A stretch of DNA of 64,000 nucleotides, taken from the NCBI GenBank assembly GCA_963663765.2, contig CAXXUA010000011.1, positions 32,001-96,000 of the forward strand. The letters run 5' to 3'. The stretch is from Candidatus Poribacteria bacterium (GTDB lineage: Bacteria; Poribacteria; WGA-4E; WGA-3G). The notes under the pieces were generated by a model that worked only from the letters and a program-made list of their open reading frames with translations, had not been told where the DNA came from and made no database searches. Position numbers and translations under genes: made by a program. Within the stretch, counting starts at the first letter, position 1; every line of letters starts with the position of its first letter. Positions 49,813-58,919 of this stretch are shown one piece after another.

Positions 49813-50757
49813 ATGAAAGCTGAACTTAAGTTTCGCGATAATGGTAGATTTAGAATTGTTCAATTCACTGATATACATTGGCAAAATGGTGAATCTGTTG
49901 ACCAGAAATCTGCTGATCTAATGAAGAATGTGGCAAAAGCTGAAGCGCCCGATTTGATTGTGTTGACTGGAGATATTTTATCTGGTGGTGGATGTGATGA
50001 TGCTGCAGAATCTATGCGGCAGATTGTTCACATAATGGAGCAATGCGGGTTCACTTGGACAGCAGTGTTCGGTAATCATGATGACGAAGGAACTGCAAGT
50101 CGTCATGATTTAATGTCAGTCATGCAGGAGAGTGATTTGTCAGTTGTTGAACCAGGTCCGGCGGATATTCCCGGTGTTGGCAACTTTGTTTTGACTGTCC
50201 AACATAATAATGACAACTCACCTGCCGCGCTGCTCTATTTTCTTGATTCTGGTAGTTATGCGACGACAGATATTAGTGGTTATGGCTGGATCAAGAGGGA
50301 ACAAATAGAGTGGTATCTCGGTGAATCTTTGAATCAGAATGCGGGGAGAGAGAATCCATTGCCAGCGCTTGCTTTTTTTCATATCCCGATTCCTGAATAT
50401 GATGAAGTATGGGATTTTCACACTTGTTATGGTTTTAAGTATGAGGACGTATGTGCGCCTCGAATCAATACAGGTTTTTTTGCTGCGCTACACGAAGCCG
50501 GGGATGTGATAGGGACCTTCGTTGGGCATGAACATATCAACGATTTCTGGGGAGAGTTACACGGAATACGACTTTGTTATGGTAGAGCTACAGGTTACAA
50601 TACTTATGGTAGAGACGGATTTCCGCGAGGAGCACGGGTAATTGAATTAACTGAAGATGAAAGAAGATTTGAAACTTGGCTTCATCTGGACAATGGAACT
50701 ATTGTGCGTGAACAACCTGAGCATGCACCACTGCAGCGCACTTTTACTGAAAATTGA
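49813..50757 (+). CDS. Calcineurin-like metallophosphoesterase (Dcr2-like)
   Basis: QFTDIH, LTGD, FGNHD, AFFHIP, VGHEHIND. Confidence 0.9.
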   Translation: MKAELKFRDNGRFRIVQFTDIHWQNGESVDQKSADLMKNVAKAEAPDLIVLTGDILSGGGCDDAAESMRQIVHIMEQCGFTWTAVFGNHDDEGTASRHDLMSVMQESDLSVVEPGPADIPGVGNFVLTVQHNNDNSPAALLYFLDSGSYATTDISGYGWIKREQIEWYLGESLNQNAGRENPLPALAFFHIPIPEYDEVWDFHTCYGFKYEDVCAPRINTGFFAALHEAGDVIGTFVGHEHINDFWGELHGIRLCYGRATGYNTYGRDGFPRGARVIELTEDERRFETWLHLDNGTIVREQPEHAPLQRTFTEN

Positions 50758-50803
50758 TGATACTGTTTTAAAGTTGTTGGATAGTATCCTTTAGGAGGAA
50801 AAT

Positions 50804-51148
50804 GTGAGAGCACAACCACAGATCTCTATTAGGCACGAAGATGACATAGCGATATTTGACATTACCGGGTATTTGACGAACGAATCTGAAGATGCGATCA
50901 GCGATGCTTATGCAGACAACGGCGTTCAGGAAACTAAGAAACTACTATTAAATTTTGATCGGCAAAGTTTTATTACAAGCAGTGGATTTGGAACTATAAT
51001 TAAACTGCTGTGGAAGACACGTGATAAAGGTCAAGAGCTGCGGATCGCACATCCTGCCATGCAGGTGCGAACGATATTTAATACGATAGGTTTGACACAG
51101 AGCATCGGTGTGTTTGCGTCTGAAGCAGAAGCATTAGAAGACTTTTGA
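50804..51148 (+). CDS. STAS domain protein / anti-sigma factor antagonist
   Basis: LLLNF..FITSSGFG, F.SEAEAL; GTG start after AGGAGG. Confidence 0.85.
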   Translation: MRAQPQISIRHEDDIAIFDITGYLTNESEDAISDAYADNGVQETKKLLLNFDRQSFITSSGFGTIIKLLWKTRDKGQELRIAHPAMQVRTIFNTIGLTQSIGVFASEAEALEDF

Positions 51149-51151
51149 GCA

Positions 51152-53044
51152 TTACGGAAATAGGGTGTACATATTCTGGTTGAAAAGTACTCCTAATAGA
51201 CTCCATAAGCTGCCAGCGAGAAATTGTCCGAAGATAAGACCTAAGAATAGGGGTAATGCTTTACGGTATGCCCGTACGCCGCCTCCGGTGAATAGTATTC
51301 TCTTGAACAGCCATCCTAAGAAGATGGAGAACCACATCCATCCGATTGCCCATCCATTACCGACAGCATATCCAACGGGGTAGAATGGCCACCAAAGGAA
51401 CTGTCTCTTTAGGACTGTCAGCACACCAGTAAAAAGGAATCCAAATCCCATGTGTTGAATTGCAGTTAGGTTAGGTGCTGCTGGGGAAGTGATCCAGTTT
51501 TGTAATCTTCTAAACTCTCCGACTCCCCAATAGGCAAATCGGTATTCATAATAGAGAGCGACATGTCCAACGACAGAGATAATCGCGCCGACTATGGATG
51601 CGACTATCAATGCGATAACTAAACGGTTTTCACTCAGTTTGAAGTGTCGACCAATTTTGAATGCTTCCAACTGGTGCGGCATTGGATGACAACGATAGCC
51701 GTAAGCAAGCCATGATAACAGTGTAGTGTTTGTCAAGTTTTGTGCACCTAAGGGTCGACTTCCCATGAATAGCAGCATTATTCGGTCAGGATGCACTCTA
51801 TGTAGTTCATGTGTTGGCGGACCGAGTTCAGCACGCATACGTGTCATACCTATACACAAAACCAAATAGATGCCGAAATAGCCAAGAGCAACCCATGGAG
51901 ATAGGCCTGCGAAATACCAGAAAATTACAACAAAAGCTAATCCAAAGATCAAACCGAAGACAGCAAGTTGATACAATCCATCCTTTGATCTAAATGAGAA
52001 AACGCTGCCTAAGACTCTTAATATCTCTCTTCGGCTTGTCCAGAGTGCAAGCAATCCTATTCCTATCCATGCGCCTGCTCGTTGTTCAGTTTGAAATGCA
52101 ATTGCCGTTGTCCAACCTGTGGCATTGAAAATGACACGTTGAACACCCCAAAATAGATAGAACACCCAAAATGATAGTGCTAAATCCAAAGGCATGAGAT
52201 ACCCAAGTCCAACCGCAAACGGGTAGACATAGACGGGTAATCTACCCATCGCATTCCAAGGTCTTTCAGCAAAAAAGAGTTGATACTTTATTTTCAATGA
52301 TGGGATTACTGGAAATAGGAAATTCAATCCAGCAAGGATTTCCAGTCCGAATGCAATACCGAAACCGAGCCATATCAGTTTATTTCGAAAAAGACTGGAA
52401 GTGTTACCAAGTAATTCAACAGGGAGTGTTGTTAGTGGGTAGCTAAGTTTTTCATGGTCAATCCATTGCTTACGGATGATGATGTTGATGCACATCATTA
52501 TGAAGAGCAGGACAATAACTAAGCTGCTCCAAGCGACTATCGGCCATAGCCATGCGTCTATGTAGCGAGCTTGCCAAAATGTATCTTCTCCTTCAAAATA
52601 ACCTTGTAGTATGCTTTTATCTGTAATCGTTAGCCACGTTGGTAGGTAGCGGAAGAAAATTTCACTCCATTCATTTTCTGGTGTTGCAAACCATCCTGCA
52701 TTTGCAATCATCGGGACTAATTGACGAACGATGTCGTGTCCTGCAAGTGCTGTCGCGACAGAAACCATGATGTAGGTCATTGCAAGTTCACGTGATGTTG
52801 GTGCAGCACGTTTGAAGTATTTTCTCAGTAAGGGTGCAATTGCTGCAAGAAGAAAGAACGTGAAGAGGACTGTTGGAAAGATAGAGAAATCAGTAAGTTC
52901 CCAAACCACGCGGTTTTCTGCGGAGATAATCCAATAACATGTTAGTATTATGAGGATAGAACCGAAGAGGAGAGTACCAACAATAAAGCGAAATGGTGTG
53001 GTTTTTTCAGTGTCCTTATATAAATTTGACTCACTGTGTAACAT
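51152..53044 (-). CDS. Polytopic membrane protein, DUF6785/DUF6784-like putative transporter
   Basis: Many hydrophobic helices; RKQWIDHEKLSYPL, RMRAELG, WWPFYPVGY, PLFLGLIFG. Confidence 0.72.
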   Translation of the reverse strand: MLHSESNLYKDTEKTTPFRFIVGTLLFGSILIILTCYWIISAENRVVWELTDFSIFPTVLFTFFLLAAIAPLLRKYFKRAAPTSRELAMTYIMVSVATALAGHDIVRQLVPMIANAGWFATPENEWSEIFFRYLPTWLTITDKSILQGYFEGEDTFWQARYIDAWLWPIVAWSSLVIVLLFIMMCINIIIRKQWIDHEKLSYPLTTLPVELLGNTSSLFRNKLIWLGFGIAFGLEILAGLNFLFPVIPSLKIKYQLFFAERPWNAMGRLPVYVYPFAVGLGYLMPLDLALSFWVFYLFWGVQRVIFNATGWTTAIAFQTEQRAGAWIGIGLLALWTSRREILRVLGSVFSFRSKDGLYQLAVFGLIFGLAFVVIFWYFAGLSPWVALGYFGIYLVLCIGMTRMRAELGPPTHELHRVHPDRIMLLFMGSRPLGAQNLTNTTLLSWLAYGYRCHPMPHQLEAFKIGRHFKLSENRLVIALIVASIVGAIISVVGHVALYYEYRFAYWGVGEFRRLQNWITSPAAPNLTAIQHMGFGFLFTGVLTVLKRQFLWWPFYPVGYAVGNGWAIGWMWFSIFLGWLFKRILFTGGGVRAYRKALPLFLGLIFGQFLAGSLWSLLGVLFNQNMYTLFP

Positions 53045-53532
53045 GTCCGTATTTTACCAAACCTTTTGAAATTAGACAAGAAATAAGTTCTTTGCGGTGT
53101 GTTAAGTTATTGCACAGAGGTACTAACTTTTGTTCTCTTTAGTCCCGTAGGGACGCAATGTTTATAGAAAGACATTATCACAACCCCTCTCTTTAGTTCC
53201 GTAGGAACGACATAGAAGGATAACCATATCGTCTCTACGGAACTAAAAAGACATGGGGATATGTATTTCTATAACCATATCGTCCCTACGGGACTGAAGA
53301 ATATGGTTAGTATTAACAATATTTCTTTATATTGACACCTAATGAAGTTTGACAATCAAAATCGGTAGTTGAATTCGTATGGGTTGGGTTCCTCAACCCG
53401 TTTGGTTTTTGAGTTTGCGTAGATCATGTGTGGAAACCACGCCCCTATGAATACACAACTTTAACGTCAAAACTCATTAGGACTCTGTGTCCGCAATCTC
53501 TCATTTAATCAGTTGCGGCGGGGCACAGAGAC

Positions 53533-53656
53533 CCGGGGAATGCCTAAATGGTATTCATACCCGGGGAATGCCAAAAGGCATTCATACCCGGGGAATGCCA
53601 AAAGGCATTCATACCGTTGATTTCTTGATTTCTTGTTTTCTTGATTTCTTGATTTC
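53533..53656 (-). mobile_element. Expanded hairpin micro-element (three hairpins, several AAATCAAG units) inserted in a REP
   Basis: (CCGGGGAATGCC-loop-GGCATTCATAC)x3 followed by TTGATTTC repeats; interrupts GGCGGGGCACAGAGACC/CGCCCTA. Confidence 0.65.
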
Positions 53657-53888
53657 GCCCTAAAATGGAGAGTGGGAGTTCTACAAAAACTTTACACACC
53701 CGTTCTTTGGGTCAGAGGTAATCAATTGTCCGAAATGGACTATTGTGGGAAGGTGTGTAACCTCAATTTCAGAGAACCAGCATAACAAATCGGGGTTGAA
53801 AACACCTCCCACAAGAGAAACACCAACACTTTTTTCTTAAATTGACACATAAGGTGCGGTTTCCTAACATGCCATCGTGTCCAAGTAA

Positions 53889-54042
53889 TACCATTTTCAT
53901 GTGATAATGTCTCATTAGCAGCGGAAATCTGGTAGGAGCGACCTCCCGGTCGCGACCGGGAGGTCGCTCCTACCGAAGAGAGTAACCCCCTATCAGTAAA
54001 CAGTAGAATTCCTTAATGAGACAAGATTTATTTGAATTGGTA
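53889..54042 (-). mobile_element. 154-bp MITE (copy 3, inverted)
   Basis: Reverse complement of 1799-1952; TAA on both flanks. Confidence 0.85.
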
Positions 54043-54110
54043 TAATTATGGATTTTCCTATAATCTTCATCAAAGCGCGTCTACCGTTCGGTGCTTAAGT
54101 CCTATAGTAA

Positions 54111-55613
54111 TTATGGAAGGTAGGGTGGATCAACCGCGGCATTGGTTGGTATTCCATCATAGTACACTTCACCGCCGTTTAGTAACAACACACGGTTTGC
54201 GTATTTATTGGAAAGTTCAATATTGTGTGTCGCGAAAATTAGTGTTTTGTTTTCTTGTAGGATCTGATGACAGAGTTGGTCCATCATACGGTGTAGGTGT
54301 TGTTCATCTTGACCTGTAGTGGGTTCATCAAGTAGGAATACATCAGGATGTAAGGAAAATGTTGATGCGACTGCAACACGTTGGCGTTGCCCGCGTGAAA
54401 GTGAATAAGGGGAATCTTCTGTTAGTTCTTCTAAATTGAATTGATTGACGGTTTTATCAACACGGTCTATTAGCGCTTGGGATTTCAACTTAAGGTTCTT
54501 TGGACCAAATGCAATTTCTTCCCTGACGGTTTTTGCTTGTAGCAACAGATCAGGGTTTTGAAAGACTATACCAATCTTACCCGCTAACTGATGGAGTTTT
54601 AGACGTTTCATAGGTTTTCCCTCTATCATGACTACTCCAGTAGTAGGTTTCAGTAGACCTGCTATGAGATGAAGCAACGTTGTTTTCCCTGATCCATTTG
54701 CTCCCATTATTGAAATTATCTCTCCTCGTGATATATCACAAGATACGTCATTTACTGCTAAATCATCACTGTTTGGGTATTGATATTTGAGATCTCTGAT
54801 GGTAAGGATTGGATCAGACCTTGGAGGCGTATCTGTAGGTTTGGTTGTAGTGTTTATTTTAGAATTCACTTTTTCAGGAATTTGCACACCTAAACGACGA
54901 AAAACAGAGTCTTCTTGTAATGCATCTGATATTGGTAAGTCTAAGCAAATGTTGCCCTTGTCCATCAGCCAAACTCTGTTGCATAGGTGTGCAACCTGTT
55001 TGACTTGATGTGTTGCAATAACTATCGTCATACCTGTTTCCGTGTTAAGCTGCTTGACAATGCTTAGTATGTCGCTTGTTGCTCGTGGATCAAGATGACT
55101 GGTAGGTTCGTCCAATAGCAATACTTGTGTTTTCATAGCACAGAGGGCAGCAAGTGCGACGCGTTGTTTTTCTCCACCAGAAAGTTCCGATATGCGTCTA
55201 TTCTCAAATCCGGTTAATCCCACCTGTTCTAATGCCGAAGTAATTCGTTGTCTAATTTCATCTGGTGGAAACCCAAGGTTTTCAAGTCCAAATGCAATCT
55301 CGTCTTCAGCATGTGTACAGAAGAGTTGGTCATCTGGATTTTGGAATAGTAGGGATACCTGTTGACAAGTTGTACTGAGTGATTGTGTGGCAACGAGTTT
55401 TCCATTGACGTGGACAGCACCGGTTAGTTTACCTGAAGCAGCGTGTGGTATTAAACCGTTTATAGTGCGGAGTAATGTTGTTTTTCCACAACCAGTAGGT
55501 CCTGTTAGTAGCAAAAGATCACTGGATGAGATTTCAGCATTGATGCCGTAAAGCGTGGGAATATCACGACTTGGGTAGGTGTAAGAAAGGTTCTCAATCT
55601 GAATTGGCACCAT
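54111..55613 (-). CDS. Energy-coupling factor transporter ATPase with two fused ABC domains
   Basis: Two Walker A (GPTGCGKT, GANGSGKT), FQNPD, EIAFG, LSGGEKQR/LSRGQRQR, LLDEPT. Confidence 0.92.
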   Translation of the reverse strand: MVPIQIENLSYTYPSRDIPTLYGINAEISSSDLLLLTGPTGCGKTTLLRTINGLIPHAASGKLTGAVHVNGKLVATQSLSTTCQQVSLLFQNPDDQLFCTHAEDEIAFGLENLGFPPDEIRQRITSALEQVGLTGFENRRISELSGGEKQRVALAALCAMKTQVLLLDEPTSHLDPRATSDILSIVKQLNTETGMTIVIATHQVKQVAHLCNRVWLMDKGNICLDLPISDALQEDSVFRRLGVQIPEKVNSKINTTTKPTDTPPRSDPILTIRDLKYQYPNSDDLAVNDVSCDISRGEIISIMGANGSGKTTLLHLIAGLLKPTTGVVMIEGKPMKRLKLHQLAGKIGIVFQNPDLLLQAKTVREEIAFGPKNLKLKSQALIDRVDKTVNQFNLEELTEDSPYSLSRGQRQRVAVASTFSLHPDVFLLDEPTTGQDEQHLHRMMDQLCHQILQENKTLIFATHNIELSNKYANRVLLLNGGEVYYDGIPTNAAVDPPYLP

Positions 55614-55631
55614 AATAACACATGATGACCA

Positions 55632-57620
55632 TCAGTTTTGATGCAGTTCCTCAAATTGCTCTGGTATTGAACCGAAAAGCTGCTCTATGTGTCGTTTAAC
55701 TGACTCTTGAAATGCATCGCAAGTATCCTGAACATATTGTTTGAAATCGTCGTGTAATTGTGCTTGTTGTTTACTTACCCGTGCAAAAAGACTGTGAAGA
55801 TACACTTGTAATTCACTCAGACGTTCGCTCTGTGTTTTTGCGAAAGCACCTACTGTCTCTTTGAATGCTTTCAACTCTGCATCTAAGTATGTTTTAAACA
55901 TGGACTTTTGAAAATTCTCAAGTGCGCTATGTGCAGCATAACGAAAATCTTTGTGGATGGATTCGTATTTCTTCTTAACTCGTTTACTCAGTTTCTGTGC
56001 GTAATTCTGAATTTCGTGCATACGATTCTCTTTTGTATGAGCAAATTGTGAGATCTTTTCTTGGAATGTGTCCATTTCTCTGTTCAAAAAGGTTCTGAAA
56101 TCTTCAACTGCAACAGTATGTCTTGTGATTTTTTCCAGATGATATCCCATTACTGCTAAACGAATAGCATCAGGAAACATCCTGTGATCATGTTTCAAGA
56201 CTCTTATCAGAAATTTTACATATTCAAGCCCCTGTTGAGAAAAGAGTATTCGTTTAATTGAACGCATGAATGCCTGAACTTCAGCCTTGTGAATTTTTCT
56301 GACATTATGTGAGGTATAAGGTCTATGTTTAAGCATTTTTAGACATCGTGTAAAATAGTTCTTCAAAGTTGGATCATATAGTGTAGATATTACGCGACGG
56401 TATTCTTCAATAAGTTTCTCTCGTGGCATTTCTGGTACGAAATTTAGTGACATATCGGTATTGTTCCCACTGGATTCAACGAGCAATCTATCTTCTATTT
56501 TCAGTCTATGCCAGAGGTCTGTTTCCTTTAGTGCAGTAAGTAATCCAGCCATAGCCATAGGAATTCCAGCTTCCTGAATGAAATTAATATGGGAATCAAA
56601 CTCTTTGTCACCATCAAGACCGATGATAAACCCTCCTGTAACCTCCATCCCCTTATGCTGTATTTTCCTGATAGCGTGTAGAAGGTAACTTCCTGCATCC
56701 TCTTCTTTACTTGTGTTCTGTCCTTTTGATGTGGTAATCAGTGCTTCTTCATTGGGTGTTTCAATACCGAGAAACACCATGTTAAAACCAGCAATACTCA
56801 TTGCATCAAGCATATCAGGAATTTCAACAAGGTTCACACTTGCTTCTGTATAAAGCGAGAACGGAAAATTCCGTTCCTCTTGCCATTTCTTCACAGCGGG
56901 TAGGAGTCGCATTGCATCACGTTTGTTTCCAATAAAGTTGTCGTCAACAACGAACATTGAACCTGTCCAACCAAGTTTATATAGCATTTCAAATTCATTT
57001 AGCATCTGCTCATTTGTTTTTGTGCGTGGTACGCGCCCGAACAGTTTGGTTATATCGCAAAATTCACAGTTGAAAGGACATCCGCGAGAGAACTGTAGTG
57101 CCATTGACCCATAAGTATTTATATCTATTAGGTCATAGCGAGGAGGAGGGGTCTTTGTTATATCAGGTTTTCCCTTTTCTCGATATACTTCTGTAGCAAC
57201 ACCACTCTCAAAATCTGTTAGGAAGTCTTCAAAGATATCTTCTACTTCACCGAATAGGAAATGATCAACTTCCCCATCACACTCTTCTTTAATATTGTCG
57301 TAGTAAGATGTAGGGTGGGGTCCACCAGTAATGATCGGTATGTCTGCACGATTGCATTTTTCAACAACGTCATATAGAGATGCCTTCTGTACTATCATCG
57401 TAGACGTTAACGCCATGTCTGCCCACTCAAGATGTTCGTCAGTCAGTGGTTCAACGTTCATATCAACGACTTTAAGGTTGTAGTTTTTGGGAAACATACC
57501 TGCAATTGTTAATAATCCGAGAGGAGGCATTGATGATTTTTTACCGAGGAAATCTAAGGCGTATTTAAAACCCCAATATGATGGTGGGAACTTTGGATAA
57601 ACAAATAGGGCATTAGGCAT
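55632..57620 (-). CDS. B12-binding radical SAM protein (DUF4070-like) with helical C-terminal extension
   Basis: PPLGLLTIA, GGPHPT, RGCPFNCEFC, VDDNFIGNK, GFIIGLDGD. Confidence 0.9.
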   Translation of the reverse strand: MPNALFVYPKFPPSYWGFKYALDFLGKKSSMPPLGLLTIAGMFPKNYNLKVVDMNVEPLTDEHLEWADMALTSTMIVQKASLYDVVEKCNRADIPIITGGPHPTSYYDNIKEECDGEVDHFLFGEVEDIFEDFLTDFESGVATEVYREKGKPDITKTPPPRYDLIDINTYGSMALQFSRGCPFNCEFCDITKLFGRVPRTKTNEQMLNEFEMLYKLGWTGSMFVVDDNFIGNKRDAMRLLPAVKKWQEERNFPFSLYTEASVNLVEIPDMLDAMSIAGFNMVFLGIETPNEEALITTSKGQNTSKEEDAGSYLLHAIRKIQHKGMEVTGGFIIGLDGDKEFDSHINFIQEAGIPMAMAGLLTALKETDLWHRLKIEDRLLVESSGNNTDMSLNFVPEMPREKLIEEYRRVISTLYDPTLKNYFTRCLKMLKHRPYTSHNVRKIHKAEVQAFMRSIKRILFSQQGLEYVKFLIRVLKHDHRMFPDAIRLAVMGYHLEKITRHTVAVEDFRTFLNREMDTFQEKISQFAHTKENRMHEIQNYAQKLSKRVKKKYESIHKDFRYAAHSALENFQKSMFKTYLDAELKAFKETVGAFAKTQSERLSELQVYLHSLFARVSKQQAQLHDDFKQYVQDTCDAFQESVKRHIEQLFGSIPEQFEELHQN

Positions 57621-57712
57621 GATTTATAATTGCACTCCTAAGGGATAACCTGTTACCCCAAATTGCCAAAATTATGTGATAAGGATGTAGATTAATATTA
57701 TGTATAATACTC

Positions 57713-57892
57713 TGACATACTCCCCAAGCTAAAGCATGGGGGTTCTTAGTTCTTATATTTGGAAACAACTCAAACTGTGCTAATAATTATACAACATTTC
57801 AACAATAAAATCAAGTTTTTTCTTGACACAAGCACTTAGCACGAATACATCCCACTACCTAAAGGTAGGGGTTTTGTCGTGATTCTTGATAA
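57713..57892. mobile_element. Non-autonomous IS200/IS605-like remnant (two end hairpins, no transposase)
   Basis: TGACATACTCCCCAAGCTAAAGCATGGGGGTTC and CATCCCACTACCTAAAGGTAGGGGTTTT resemble CTAAAG-loop IS605 end hairpins. Confidence 0.55.
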
Positions 57893-57990
57893 ATTACTTT
57901 ATATGTCAAATTTATTATGGGATCGGACTGGGTTATTTAGTTTTAGGTGTTTTTGATGAATTTTTGCTATGACGTTAATTTTATGTGTTG

Positions 57991-58181
57991 CCATCTTGTC
58001 CGTGTCTTTAGTCCCGTAGGGACGATATGTTTATAGAAAACGAATACCCTCCCCCAGTTCTTTAGTCCCGTAGGGACGATATGTTTATTCTTCTATGTCG
58101 TTCCTACGGAACTCTATTGGGGTTGAAAACATTTTCTATAAACATATCGTTCCTACGGAACTAAAAACATGGACAAGATGG
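57991..58181. repeat. REP-like hairpin cluster bounded by an inverted repeat
   Basis: CCATCTTGTCC ... GGACAAGATGG enclosing two direct and two inverted TAGTCCCGTAGGGACGATATGTTTAT-type units. Confidence 0.7.
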
Positions 58182-58208
58182 TATTACATAATATTAACGG
58201 TATAAGGA

Positions 58209-58919
58209 TTATCGTGGAAAGAATTTTTTGTGTATGTTTAAGAGACGTTGTAGTTCTTGTATAGGTTTTTCTGCATCGTCGACCCGGAGATCAATGTATC
58301 GGTCATTAAATCCACTATATCCCCCGTTTTTACGGACAACAAGCAGTGCTGCGGATTGCTGTCCGCGTTTGTCACCACCCTTATTTTGTCCAGCAGCGAG
58401 GGCAGCCATCAATTTGTCAGCCAATTCACCTTTTGTTTCTTCATAAGCTTTTCCCATCGCTTCGACGACATCTTCGCCTGTTAAGATATTACCTTGAGCA
58501 GTGTAGTGTTGTCCGGAAAATGCCCCAGCCCAATCATTACATTTTTTACCTGTATGATTAGTGACTGTTCCGTTTGCGTCAACGATTCCAACCTGTCGAG
58601 ATTCTCTGCCATCATCATCCCTTAGAAGGTGGTCTAATGTTTGTTGTGCTGTCAGTCCAATTTTTAGTAACTCTATTCCTCTCGGACCGTATGTTGTATT
58701 TGCCCAGGCTTGTGTAGCGATTGCGCCGACACCTGCCTCTGCAAAAGGAACGACAGCCCCGACTGCAAAGAACTTGGATTGCACAGCGACACCGAAATCG
58801 TTATTGTTTGGATCGTATCCTACGATGGAAAATGTGGAAATAGGAACCAATAGATTGGTCTGTAAATGTTTTGGTTTCATCAGGTTATTGTAAAAATCTG
58901 CTATGTTAATCGTCTTCAA
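58209..58919 (-). CDS. DUF1028 family Ntn-hydrolase-like protein
   Basis: TFSIVG, GVAVQSKFFAVG, GAIATQA, RQVGIVD, QGNIL, GGDKRGQQSAAL, DLRVDD. Confidence 0.88.
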   Translation of the reverse strand: MKTINIADFYNNLMKPKHLQTNLLVPISTFSIVGYDPNNNDFGVAVQSKFFAVGAVVPFAEAGVGAIATQAWANTTYGPRGIELLKIGLTAQQTLDHLLRDDDGRESRQVGIVDANGTVTNHTGKKCNDWAGAFSGQHYTAQGNILTGEDVVEAMGKAYEETKGELADKLMAALAAGQNKGGDKRGQQSAALLVVRKNGGYSGFNDRYIDLRVDDAEKPIQELQRLLNIHKKFFPR

